Shown: positions 40,364 to 50,418, counted from the stretch's first letter. The stretch: 64,000 nucleotides of DNA from Candidatus Poribacteria bacterium (GCA_965208325.1 OZ242326.1:1312001-1376000); one strand, 5' to 3'. Notes: generated by a model from the sequence alone, not told the origin. Numbers and translations: made by a program.

Positions 40364-42078
40364 GATTCGGAGATCGCTCCTACGGGAGGTTGGATTCCAG
40401 AATGCCAGCGGTAGGATTTGATGTCTGAACCGGGATTCGTGTGATTAAATGATGGGTTATGATTAAGGGCGCGCATAATTCTTCCGTGTTGGTACGGAAG
40501 GCGATTGGCTGTCGCTGAAGCTGCTGTGGGTTGGGTAGAGCAGATTTATACTAGAATTGCCCAGTCAAAAAATTTCAATGCCAACCTAACCGCATTCAAC
40601 AGTCAACGAGTGTAACGAAACCCGATGCTTTTTAAATATCTAGAGGTTTCAAAAGCGTTGGGTTTCGCTACACCAATATTGTGAAGGTCATCATAGGGAA
40701 TTTGGACAACGATCGGGTAAAGTAACGGTGTTGGCGTTATCCGCTCTACCCAACCTACAAAAACTGAATGCATCGTCGGGAATCGGAATTCCCTCCTCCC
40801 AGACTTCACCTTCCCATTGGAGCGATCTCCGAATCGCAACTCATAACTACGGTAAACCACACCCCTCAATTCCCCTTTATAAATGGCGGTTCATGCCAGA
40901 GTGATTTTACCTGTCGCCCCGCTGGGGCTTGTGAAATTTTTTTTACTCGTGTGCTATACACCTGTCGCGCCGCTGGCGCTTTTGCAACTGGGGTTGGGTT
41001 CACCATGACACGGCAGCTCTCCGGTTGATTTGCGCTGCGAAATCAGCCAAATACCTCAAAAGCGTTGGGTTTCGCTACGCCAATATTGTGAAGGTCATCG
41101 TAGGGAATTTGGACAACGATTGGGCAAAGTGACGGTGTTGGCGTTATCCGCTCTACCCAACCTACAAAAACTACAAGAACTGAATGAATCGTCGGGAATC
41201 GGAATTCCCTCCTACCAGAACTCATCTCCTCGTTGGGACGATCTCCATACCGCTACTCACAACTACGGTATACCACACCCCTCAAATCCCCCTTATAGCG
41301 ATGGATTCATTCCAGAGTGATTTACCTGTCGCCCCGCTGGCGCTTTTGCAACTGGGGTTGGGTTCACCATGACACGGCAGCTCTCCGGTTGATTTGCGCT
41401 GCGAAATCAGCCAAATACCTTAAAAACGTTGGGTTTCGCCATGCCAATATTGTGAAGGTCATCGTAGGGAAATTGGACAACGATTGGGCAAAGTGACGGT
41501 GTTGGCGTTATCCGCTCTACCCAACCTACAAGAGTGGAAGCGGTCGCGATTCGGAGATCGCTCCTACAAGGGATTGAATTCTAGAATGCCGGCGATAGGA
41601 TTTGATGTCTGAACTGTGATTGGTGTGATTAAATGATGGGCTATGATTAAGGGAGCATAAAAGCAGTCGGTGCGAGCGGGGAAGGCGATTGGCTGTCGCT
41701 TAAGCTGCTGTAGGTTGGGTAGAGCGGATTCATACTTGAATTGACCAGTCAAAAAACCTCAATGCCAACCAACCGCATCCAACAGCCAACGAGTGTAACG
41801 AAACCCGACGCTTTTCTAAAATCTAGAGGTTTCAAAAGCGTTGGGTTTCGCTATGCCAATATTGTGAAGATCATCGTAAGGGAATTGGACAACGATTGGG
41901 TGAAGCGACGGTGTTGGCGTTATCCGCTCTACCCAACCTACAAGAGTGGAAGCGGTCGCGATTCGGAGATCGCTCCTACAAGGGATTGAATTCTAGAATG
42001 CCGGCGGTAGGATTGATGTCTGAATTGTGATTCGTGTGATTTAATGATGGGCTATGATTACCTGCTCTACCCAACCTA
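40364..42078. repeat. Modular array of REP/REPIN-like elements
   Basis: 108-bp module at 40651, 41058, 41422 and 41834; GATTCGGAGATCGCTCCTAC at 40364, 41548 and 41960; ~395-bp and ~350-400-bp internal duplications. Confidence 0.92.
41709..41942. mobile_element. REPIN/MITE-like element with 21-bp terminal inverted repeats (degenerate copy at 40526-40758)
   Basis: TGTAGGTTGGGTAGAGCGGAT ... ATCCGCTCTACCCAACCTACA, with an inner inverted pair CGAAACCCGACGCTTTT / AAAAGCGTTGGGTTTCG. Confidence 0.7.
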
Positions 42079-42130
42079 AAAAGACTGCACTCTCGTGAAT
42101 CTAACGCCTGGCTACACGTCCTCTCATCAA

Positions 42131-43324
42131 TCACGCCGATCTTTTTGCCCGTGTGGATTCAATAAGAAAGTAAAGGCTATAGAGAAAATTCGGGAATTTG
42201 TATTCTCCCCGATTCTGGGTAGTAGTAAGCGCACCGAGCTGTCTCATGCGTTTAAGAAAAGAGTCAAGGACATTTAATTCGCCGTTCGACAATCCTAAGT
42301 TATCGATTATCTCTTTTCGTGTAAAAAGTAGCCTGCGTTTGTCCGCCAGTTTTCGCAGAATAGAGCGGTATGTGTCATTTTGAATGCCGCGAAAAATTTG
42401 CGGTTCTATCCATTTTGTCCCAACAACATCGGCGGCATCGAATATGCCATCACTTACCGCTTCTTCGTCAAGTTCCAAAGTCGGCGCAGCGCGCCATATA
42501 GCATGACCAATTTCATGCGCCAATACGGGATGCCCGCCCGTAAAAGATACAAGCCTATTTAATTGCTCGGTTTCAATTCTGGCTTTAGTGGAATCGAATG
42601 CGCGTTCGTAAAACTCTCTAGCCTCTGCATCCGACCAGCGAGAAATATCAACAATGTCAAAAATGCGGGCTATGGAAGGATTATTCGCAATCATCTCTTG
42701 GCGTCTCTCCTCTAATCCGACTATAAAAATACAAAGAGGAATGGGGCTTTTCGCGAGCGCAAATTTGTCCACTGTGCTCTTTAACCAATGCGCGAATTGT
42801 GTGGACGAGGCGAGACCGTTAATGTCGTCCAAAATAAGCAGCAGCCCTTTCGCGTGCCGATTTAGCGCTTCCAACAAACCCGTCATGTTTGTTACAAAAT
42901 GCTCGGTAATTGATGATATTTCATCATCCCCTAAATTTAACTCCAGCGAGAGACCGAAAGCGCCTACCTTCTTGATTTTATTGTCAACGAAATTACGGAT
43001 TGTCTGATGCCAGGGGGTTTTTATGCTTTCGTTAACCAACTCATTGAGTATCTTTTTCATCATCTCATCTAACGCATTAACGCCACCAAGTAAAGTATGG
43101 CACCCAACGATATTGTGTTCGCGGTCCGATAGTATTCGCACTACATCAGCAATTGAACTTTTACCGATACCGCGTTCACCGCTAATAAATGCAATTTTTA
43201 ACCGCGCTTGACCCGCACTTGCTTGCGCCAGCCCGCGCAAATGTTCAATTTCCCCGTTGCGGCCAACAAAAAACTCGAACGGTACTGGCACTCCCGGACT
43301 GAATGGGCTTGACTCAATATCCAC
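42131..43324 (-). CDS. Stand-alone STAND/AAA_16-like P-loop ATPase with C-terminal winged helix
   Basis: SPFSPG.P...FVGR..EI, Walker A GERGIGKSS, Walker B LLLILDD, TGGHP; GTG start after GGAGG (alternative ATG at 43375). Confidence 0.85.
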   Translation of the reverse strand: MDIESSPFSPGVPVPFEFFVGRNGEIEHLRGLAQASAGQARLKIAFISGERGIGKSSIADVVRILSDREHNIVGCHTLLGGVNALDEMMKKILNELVNESIKTPWHQTIRNFVDNKIKKVGAFGLSLELNLGDDEISSITEHFVTNMTGLLEALNRHAKGLLLILDDINGLASSTQFAHWLKSTVDKFALAKSPIPLCIFIVGLEERRQEMIANNPSIARIFDIVDISRWSDAEAREFYERAFDSTKARIETEQLNRLVSFTGGHPVLAHEIGHAIWRAAPTLELDEEAVSDGIFDAADVVGTKWIEPQIFRGIQNDTYRSILRKLADKRRLLFTRKEIIDNLGLSNGELNVLDSFLKRMRQLGALTTTQNRGEYKFPNFLYSLYFLIESTRAKRSA

Positions 43325-43560
43325 GTGAAATACCTCCGTTAAATCCCGATCCTGCAGATGCCAAACTCTCACCATTTTCTACATGCAATTGCCACCCGGC
43401 AATCGTAAATTCTATCATAGACGTTGCTAGTCTACAAGGTTGAATGTACTCCCAATGTTGAAACATTCATGATTGTCCATTAGAGTGTAAGGGCGGGGTG
43501 AATTTGGTTCACAGAGAGGGCTATAGGAAAACTACCGCCCTCCCTATTCGGTCGGTTGAT

Positions 43561-43790
43561 CGTTGGGTTTGGCTATGCCAACACTGTGAAGGTCATCGTA
43601 GGGAAATTGGACAACGATTGGGTGAAGTGACGGTGTTGGTGTTATCCGCTCTACCCAACCTACAAGAGTGGAAGCGGCCGCGATTCGGAGATCGCTCTTA
43701 CAGGGGGTTGTGTGGTTATATTAGATAGGAGGGAATTTCGATTCCCGACGACGGGTTCAGTTCTGGTAAGTTGGGTAGCGCGGATTCATC
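43561..43790. repeat. Second cluster of the same REP modules
   Basis: 103 bp of the 108-bp module (43561-43663), GATTCGGAGATCGCTCTTAC (43682-43701), inverted TAGGAGGGAATTTCGATTCCC and GTTGGGTAGCGCGGAT. Confidence 0.88.
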
Positions 43791-43821
43791 CAAAAATCGC
43801 AGGTTACAAAGAAACACCGTG

Positions 43822-44118
43822 TTAATCTTCGGTAAAGGATGTCGTTCGAGGCCGAACAACTTTATAGACAGTTTCACCGGGTTTGATAAAACCGAATCGC
43901 CGTACGAGGCGCTCTTGGTCGAGTTCGTCGGTCTGGAGTTTTTCGACTCTCGTTCTCAGGCGATCCCTTTTCAATTCAAGCGCGCTCAACTCGTCTAAAT
44001 ACTCCTGTTTAATCTGACGCGCTTTCTGCCAATTCTGATATTCACCGACGAACCGATAAGCACTGATGATTAAGACGGGAAATGTGATGATTAACAGCCA
44101 AGATTGAAGAAATCGCAT
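43822..44118 (-). CDS. ftsB: Septum formation initiator (FtsB/DivIC family)
   Basis: Single TM helix, coiled coil, ERLVRRFGFIKPGETVY motif. Confidence 0.75.
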   Translation of the reverse strand: MRFLQSWLLIITFPVLIISAYRFVGEYQNWQKARQIKQEYLDELSALELKRDRLRTRVEKLQTDELDQERLVRRFGFIKPGETVYKVVRPRTTSFTED

Positions 44119-44132
44119 GAGGATGGTTTAGA

Positions 44133-44258
44133 ATAATGAGTAATGCGTAATGCGTAATGAGTAATGCGTAATGAGTAAGGGGTAATAAGTAAGGGGTAAT
44201 AAGTAAGGGGTAATAAGTAAGGGGTAATGAGTAAGGGGTAATGAGTAAGGGGTAATGA
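44133..44258. repeat. Heptamer tandem repeat, 18 units of GTAA(TGA/TGC/GGG/TAA)
   Basis: Exact 7-bp period over 126 bp filling the map-ftsB gap. Confidence 0.97.
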
Positions 44259-44264
44259 TCGTGG

Positions 44265-45062
44265 TTAGTGAGAATTTGATCCCCAGAGGTCATGATTATC
44301 TGTAAGAATTTCCGGGCCTTCGGGGAGAATTGCGACGGTATGTTCGAATAGCGCAGAAATGCGCCGATCGGCCGTGACTGCTGTCCAGCCATCTTCGAGC
44401 GTTTCAGATTCGTGTGTACCTGCATTGGTCATGGCTTCGATGGCGAGGACTGTACCGGGCCTTAATCGAACGCCTCTGCCGGGTTCTCCGTAATTGGGAA
44501 CCTGAGGCTCCTCGTGTAAATTTCGCCCAATCCCGTGACCAACAAAATCTCGAACTACTGAGAATCCGTGACTTTCCACATGGGTTTGCAATGCGGAACA
44601 GGCGTCGCCGAGCCGACTTCCCGGCTTTGCGGCGTCAATTGCTTTATAGAGTGCGTTTTTGGAGACTTCCAGTAGACTTTGCGCTTCCGGTTCAATGTCT
44701 CCGACAGGAAACGTGTACGCATTATCCCCATGAAATCCATTGAGATAGACTGCGGTGTCAATTCCAATAATGTCGCCCTCTTTTAGAATACAGTCCTTCC
44801 TTGGAATGCCATGAACAATTTCCTCGTTAATTGAAACGCAAATGGTCGCTGGATATGGCGGGTGATGCGGAAGTTGATACCCCAAAAACGATGAAATACC
44901 GCCAAGTTTCTTAATGGCTTCCCGGGAGATTTGATCCAATTCGTAAGTTGAAATACCGGGACTTACAGCTTCTCCGATTGTTTGAAGCACAATCGACGCG
45001 GCTTTTCCGCTGCGCCGCATTGTCTCGATTTCAGACCGGGACTTAATTCTGACTTTATTCAT
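44265..45062 (-). CDS. map: Type I methionine aminopeptidase
   Basis: CVSINEEIVHGIP, GFHGD, VGHGIG..LHEEP, AIEAM, FEHT. Confidence 0.96.
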   Translation of the reverse strand: MNKVRIKSRSEIETMRRSGKAASIVLQTIGEAVSPGISTYELDQISREAIKKLGGISSFLGYQLPHHPPYPATICVSINEEIVHGIPRKDCILKEGDIIGIDTAVYLNGFHGDNAYTFPVGDIEPEAQSLLEVSKNALYKAIDAAKPGSRLGDACSALQTHVESHGFSVVRDFVGHGIGRNLHEEPQVPNYGEPGRGVRLRPGTVLAIEAMTNAGTHESETLEDGWTAVTADRRISALFEHTVAILPEGPEILTDNHDLWGSNSH

Positions 45063-45173
45063 TTGACGCTATTCCCAAATAAATCTCAAAAATAGTAATC
45101 CTTCACGCCGAGCACATGGCGCCAAATCTACGGTATGATATAACGATTGATTCCGCAAAAGGGATTCAGTAAG

Positions 45174-46562
45174 CTAAGCAACAATCTCACCACGCAAAGT
45201 GTGCGCAGTCGCGGAATTGATATTCACCTGCACAATATCGCCAATTTTTGAATTTTCTTTCGGAAACACAACTGTTTTGAAGCTGTCAGATCTACCGTGG
45301 TATTCATCTGCGTTGCGGCGAGACTGTCCTTCGACCAACACATTCGTGTTGCAGCCAACCAACTCCTGATTTATCTCAAGCGAAATTTTCTCTTGCAACG
45401 AAATAATCTCCCGCAATCGCCTTCCCTTTACCGTGCCGCTCACATCGTCATCTAACGACTTGTAGGCAAGCGTACCTTCACGAGGCGAGTATTTGAACAT
45501 GAATGCGGAATCGAATCGGATTTCATCCATGAGGCGGTAGGTTTCCATGAAATCGTGCTCGGTCTCGCCGCAAAAGCCGACGATAATATCAGTTGAAATC
45601 GCGAGATTCGGAATGCGGCGGCGCATATTCGCCACAAGCTCGCGGTAGGCTTCGGCCGTGTATGTCCGCCGCATGGCTTTAAGCGTTTTCGTTGAACCGG
45701 ATTGCAGTGGAAGATGTATTTGTTTACAGACTTTATCGCCGCCTGCAATGGCTTCAATCATGCCGTCTGTTGCGTCACTTGGATGCGGCGATGTAAATCG
45801 TATGCGTTCGATGCCTTCTATATCGTTAATTGCAAAGAGCAAATCTCCAAAATCGTGCGCTCCATCGTGGTAGGAGTTCACCGTCTGGCCGAGGAGGACA
45901 ACCTCTTTAAACCCGTCATCAACTAACCGCTTAACCTCACTGACTAACAGCTTTGCAGGAACACTGCGTTCGCGGCCGCGCACGAACGGCACAATGCAAA
46001 AGGTGCACATCTTGTCACAGCCTCGTTGCACGGTCAACCACGCCCGTATTCCGTCCTTACGAATTGGCGCGATGTCGGCGTAGTCTTCGTCTTGGTCGAG
46101 TTTCAAATTTACAAACGCATCACCTGCCGCCACTGAGCGGAGCGCCGCGGGAAGGCTGCGATAGGCGTCGGGACCTAGGACCAGATCCAAGTATGGCGCG
46201 GCGTCAAGTATTTTTGAGCGGGTATGCTGCGCCATGCAACCGCAGACACCCAGAATAAGGTTGGGTTGCAGCCGCTTCCGATGATTGAGTTGTTTGAGGC
46301 GATTGAGTACCTTGGTTTCGGCATTTTCGCGTATGGCACAGGTGTTGAGGAGTACTACATCAGCGTCCTCTAACCCATCGGCAGTTTCGTAACCGTTTTG
46401 CACCAAGATACCAGCCAGCAACTCGCTGTCGCTCACATTCATCTGACACCCATACGTCTCTATGTAGACACGTCTTGAGGCGTGTAGTTGAATCCCCGAT
46501 TCGACTGCCGGCGCAGCTTTGTATATTGGAAGTTGGGATTGAATTGGGATTTTGGAATTCAC
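45174..46562 (-). CDS. miaB: tRNA-2-methylthio-N6-dimethylallyladenosine synthase
   Basis: TYGCQMNVSDSE, NTCAIRENAE, GCMAQ, GCDKMCTFC radical SAM motif, C-terminal TRAM domain. Confidence 0.95.
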   Translation of the reverse strand: MNSKIPIQSQLPIYKAAPAVESGIQLHASRRVYIETYGCQMNVSDSELLAGILVQNGYETADGLEDADVVLLNTCAIRENAETKVLNRLKQLNHRKRLQPNLILGVCGCMAQHTRSKILDAAPYLDLVLGPDAYRSLPAALRSVAAGDAFVNLKLDQDEDYADIAPIRKDGIRAWLTVQRGCDKMCTFCIVPFVRGRERSVPAKLLVSEVKRLVDDGFKEVVLLGQTVNSYHDGAHDFGDLLFAINDIEGIERIRFTSPHPSDATDGMIEAIAGGDKVCKQIHLPLQSGSTKTLKAMRRTYTAEAYRELVANMRRRIPNLAISTDIIVGFCGETEHDFMETYRLMDEIRFDSAFMFKYSPREGTLAYKSLDDDVSGTVKGRRLREIISLQEKISLEINQELVGCNTNVLVEGQSRRNADEYHGRSDSFKTVVFPKENSKIGDIVQVNINSATAHTLRGEIVA

Positions 46563-46943
46563 GGTTTAATCCTGTTCGACACGACCTAAACCACAGTAGG
46601 CGGTGCGCTATCTGGATGCATCTCACCGAGTGATATTATACTCATGACAGCAGGCTTTATGCAAGCGAAATTACGAGTTTCCTGTTATGATTCAATCTAC
46701 CCCGCAGCATGGAATTTGAAGCGCAGGCAGATGCGGTTAATGGAATTTGCAGAAGTCAGATTTTGGTGTATAATATCTCTTCAAAGACCCATTTTGCCGT
46801 AACATAAGCATTTCGTCATTGCGGAGCAGACGGTGTAGCATCTGCAGCTTTCCTAAAAAGATGGTCGAGCAAAGGTTTGCCTGAAATCAATTTGCCGCCG
46901 CCCGTTGATACGAAAAACTACGGATTTATTTAAGGAGCAATTA

Positions 46944-47996
46944 ATGCCAATATTTACGCAAGAACAGTTGAATCGGATTTCTACCGAGATTTTTGAAGCA
47001 GCGTCGGTGCCGCCGGAAGAAGCGCAAATTATCAGTGAACTGCTTGTTGACGCGAACCTAGTGGGACATGACTCGCACGGCGTAATTCGTATTCCGCAGT
47101 ATATCAAGCGGCTCAGGAATGGTGATATCCAGCCGGGCGCGCCGATGGAGATTGAACGCGAGTCTCCATCACATGCCGTAATTAACGGCAACTGGGGGTT
47201 TGGACAAGTTATCGCCACAAAGGCGATGTCGCTCGCAATCCGCAAAGCGCAATCCAGTGTCATAAGCGCCGTAAGCATTTACGACTGTAACCACATCGGA
47301 CGACTTGCCAGCTATACCATGATGGCGGCGGACCAGGGACTGATTGGTATAACAATGTTGAATGCCGGCGGCGCGGCGTTATCGGTGGCTGCGTACGGCG
47401 GCATCGATAGACGACTTGGCACAAACCCAATTTCTGTCGCGGTGCCGGCTGGAGATGCGGATTCGATTGTTTTAGATATCACTAGCAGCGTTGTGGCACA
47501 GGGGAAGATTGATGTTGCTGTTAACCGCGGCGATTCTGTTCCGCTTGGTTGGCTGATTGACGGCACAGGCGAGCCAACAACAGATCCTCGCGATTTCGAC
47601 AGTCCGTCTCCCGGTTCGATACTGCCGCTCGGCGGCTTGGCGGGACACAAGGGATTCGGGCTAGGTTTGATCATTGACGTGTTAGCAGGTACACTGTCCG
47701 GCAGCGGCTGCAGCGGTTCAAATAATACCCGGGTCTGCAACGCCACGTTGATGATTGTCATTGACATCGCTAAGTTTATTCCACTCGAAGATTACGACCG
47801 CCATATAGATAAACTTGTGACGTTCATGAAATGTTCACAATTAGCCCCAGGTTTTGATGAAGTGTTGATGCCCGGTGAAATCGAGTCGCGCCAGAAGCAG
47901 CAGCGTTTGAGTGAAGGGATACCGGTCGATGACGAAACATGGCGCCAGATTCAGGAAACGGCGGCAAATGTCGGCATATCGCAACTCAATTATTGA
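46944..47996 (+). CDS. Ldh_2-family (malate/L-lactate/sulfolactate-type) oxidoreductase
   Basis: GHDSHG, HIGRL, GTNPI, LPLGG..GHKGFGL, PGE.E; SD AAGGAG. Confidence 0.92.
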   Translation: MPIFTQEQLNRISTEIFEAASVPPEEAQIISELLVDANLVGHDSHGVIRIPQYIKRLRNGDIQPGAPMEIERESPSHAVINGNWGFGQVIATKAMSLAIRKAQSSVISAVSIYDCNHIGRLASYTMMAADQGLIGITMLNAGGAALSVAAYGGIDRRLGTNPISVAVPAGDADSIVLDITSSVVAQGKIDVAVNRGDSVPLGWLIDGTGEPTTDPRDFDSPSPGSILPLGGLAGHKGFGLGLIIDVLAGTLSGSGCSGSNNTRVCNATLMIVIDIAKFIPLEDYDRHIDKLVTFMKCSQLAPGFDEVLMPGEIESRQKQQRLSEGIPVDDETWRQIQETAANVGISQLNY

Positions 47997-48131
47997 TTTG
48001 GAATAAAGGCGGACGAATTACTTATATGAGGACTATTATCAAGCCCTTATTGACGCGGCTCCACTCACGGTAATGCGGATTCGGCCAAATACCAAGAATT
48101 TGACGTAGAATCGTTCCAAAGGAATACGAAC

Positions 48132-49028
48132 ATGGAAAAGCATGGCGACTTCAAATCTGGTTACGTCTCCATTATAGGCGAACCGAATGTCGGGAAATCA
48201 ACCCTGTTGAACGCGGTGATGGGAGAAAAATTAGCCATCGTCACGCCCAAGCCGCAGACGACCCGCAATCGAATCACGGGCATTGTCACCACAGATGAAT
48301 ATCAGATTGTATTTCTGGATACGCCCGGTATACTCAAGCCAAAATACCGCCTTCATAACCGTATGTTGGACGCAGCATACAGTGCACTCAAAGACGCCGA
48401 TCTTACGCTGTATTTGGTTGACGTACACCATATATCCACGCCCGCCGCGGAACAAATTCTCGCCGCGATAAGGAAAAATGGGCAGAAATCGATTTTAGTG
48501 ATAAACAAGATAGATTTGGCGCCAAAGCAGGCGCTGTTGCCAATTATCGAAACGTATAAAAAAGAGCCTCTGTTCGCGGAGATTGTCCCGATTTCCGCGA
48601 AGACTAGGGACGGCGTTGGACAACTTCTGCGGCTTATCGTTAAATTCCTTCCTGAAGGGCAACTCTATTTCCCCGCCGACCAAATAAGCGATTTGCCGGA
48701 GCGATTCTTTGCGGCGGAAACGATACGAGAAAAGATACTCCTTAAAACCCAGCAAGAAATTCCTTACGCTTCAAGCGTCGCCATCACAGAATTCAATCAA
48801 CGGGCAAATGGGACAATTTTCATTAGTGCTACGATTTATTCCGAACGGCCATCCCAAAAGCGAATATTGATTGGGAAAGGAGGGGAAATGATTAAAATCA
48901 TTGGGCAACTAGCGCGAATTGAAATACAAAAATTCTTGAATGCTTCGGTATTTCTGGACTTGCATGTTTCGGTCAAGAAAAACTGGCGGCAAGATGAAAA
49001 GAAACTCAGAGATATGGGATATTCGTAA
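48132..49028 (+). CDS. era: GTPase Era
   Basis: GEPNVGKSTL, KPQTTR, DTPG, NKID, KH domain IGKGG. Confidence 0.96.
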   Translation: MEKHGDFKSGYVSIIGEPNVGKSTLLNAVMGEKLAIVTPKPQTTRNRITGIVTTDEYQIVFLDTPGILKPKYRLHNRMLDAAYSALKDADLTLYLVDVHHISTPAAEQILAAIRKNGQKSILVINKIDLAPKQALLPIIETYKKEPLFAEIVPISAKTRDGVGQLLRLIVKFLPEGQLYFPADQISDLPERFFAAETIREKILLKTQQEIPYASSVAITEFNQRANGTIFISATIYSERPSQKRILIGKGGEMIKIIGQLARIEIQKFLNASVFLDLHVSVKKNWRQDEKKLRDMGYS

Positions 49029-49136
49029 TAAATTTTACCCCAAATTATTTAAACGAGTTTGAGGAATAGCGCGGTTTCCCGTTGCCAATCATTCAAAATC
49101 TTGAAATCAGCGGTGAAAAATAAGCACAAAAAATGC

Positions 49137-49165
49137 TTGATCCGATTTTGATTTTTTGCTAGACT
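49137..49165 (+). promoter_or_regulatory. Candidate promoter of the dnaA-like gene
   Basis: TTGATC-N17-TAGACT with a TG extended -10. Confidence 0.45.
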
Positions 49166-49263
49166 ATCATCCATATCTGGGTACGTGTCCGTTTTGAAAT
49201 ATCATAATTATAGCCTTAGACATCACCAGCATTACTTTAGCAATATCCATCCCTTGATACCAA

Positions 49264-50418
49264 ATGAAGACAGTAATGACTTCGGATAGAGTTAGCGGCG
49301 ATTCACCCGACTCATCCGACCCATCCGCACCGCACCAGCCGCCCGAATATCCATCGGCCGCCCCAACTTCAGCCGTACGCACACCTCACAATACAGGATT
49401 GAATCAGGCATTAACTTTCGATCGATTTGTGGTAGGTGAAAGCAACCAGAAGGCTTACGAAGCTGCGCTCGCTTTGACCGACCAAACCGCCCAGGTAGAC
49501 AAGTTAATTGTCCACGGCGGCGTTGGACTTGGCAAAACCCATTTGCTGCACGCCATCGGGAACCACTTTCGACAAAAAAATCTGAATCATACCATGTACT
49601 GCCCATCCGCTGAAAAATACGTGGGCGAATGGATTCAGTCGATAGCAAGTCCGCAGAAATCAAATATGTTACGACAGCGGTACCACACCATTGATTTGTT
49701 ATTGATTGACGACATTCACTTTTTATCCAAGCACTCGAAAATTCAGGCGGAGTTTTTTCATTTACTCAACCACTTGAGCCAGCAAAACCAGCGAATTGTC
49801 TGTACGTGCGATCGACTGCCCCGGTTTCTCAAAGACCACTTAGCGTCTTCAAATGTCCTCAATAACGGCTTAATCGTTGAAATTTCTCCTCCCGAGTTCG
49901 ACTTGCGGGTGTCGATTCTAAAGCGGAAGTTACGGGAACGGAATTGGGGACCTGTTCCTTCAAGGGTGCTAGATTATTTAGCCAAGCATCTGACACAACA
50001 CGTTCGCCAGCTCGAAGGCGCGTTGAATCGCCTCATGGCGGAAGCCGGTTTGGGATCGAAATTGGATCTTGAGATAGCACGCCGCGTCTTGGAGAAGCGG
50101 TCCAACTTGAGTGTTTCGGGCGCAATCACGCTTGAAACGATTCAAGAAGCAGTGGCTCGATACTTTAATCTTACGCTATCCGATTTATGTTCCCGAAAGC
50201 GTGCACGACGATTCGTGCTTCCGCGTCAAGTCGGGATGTACCTTGCCCGCGAGCTAACCGAGCTTTCCCATTCGCAAATCAGCCTAGGTTTTGGCCAAAG
50301 CCATCATACTACTGTTATCCGGAGTTGCCAGCGAATCAATTCACTTCTCCAGGGAGATTTAGTTCTCAGCCAGTCCATTGAATCGTTGAAAACAGAACTA
50401 ACGCAACCCCAAAATTGA
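49264..50418 (+). CDS. dnaA: DnaA-like protein (domains III and IV; no domain I)
   Basis: LN...TFDRFVVGESN, GGVGLGKTHL, LLIDDI, VRQLEGAL, PRQVGMYLARELT, HTTV. Confidence 0.85.
   Translation: MKTVMTSDRVSGDSPDSSDPSAPHQPPEYPSAAPTSAVRTPHNTGLNQALTFDRFVVGESNQKAYEAALALTDQTAQVDKLIVHGGVGLGKTHLLHAIGNHFRQKNLNHTMYCPSAEKYVGEWIQSIASPQKSNMLRQRYHTIDLLLIDDIHFLSKHSKIQAEFFHLLNHLSQQNQRIVCTCDRLPRFLKDHLASSNVLNNGLIVEISPPEFDLRVSILKRKLRERNWGPVPSRVLDYLAKHLTQHVRQLEGALNRLMAEAGLGSKLDLEIARRVLEKRSNLSVSGAITLETIQEAVARYFNLTLSDLCSRKRARRFVLPRQVGMYLARELTELSHSQISLGFGQSHHTTVIRSCQRINSLLQGDLVLSQSIESLKTELTQPQN

Noticed and set aside
40603..41989. Short ORFs in the repeat array (also 43498-43728, 44042-44425, 63326-63559)
   Set aside because: They are translations of non-coding repeats, with no SD and frames not preserved between copies
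40364..42078. CRISPR array
   Set aside because: Repeats are over 100 bp, the intervening sequences are themselves duplicated, and no cas genes are present
49167..49263. Frameshifted remnant of DnaA domain I
   Set aside because: Vague resemblances appear in more than one frame, all with stops; not distinguishable from chance without an HMM search
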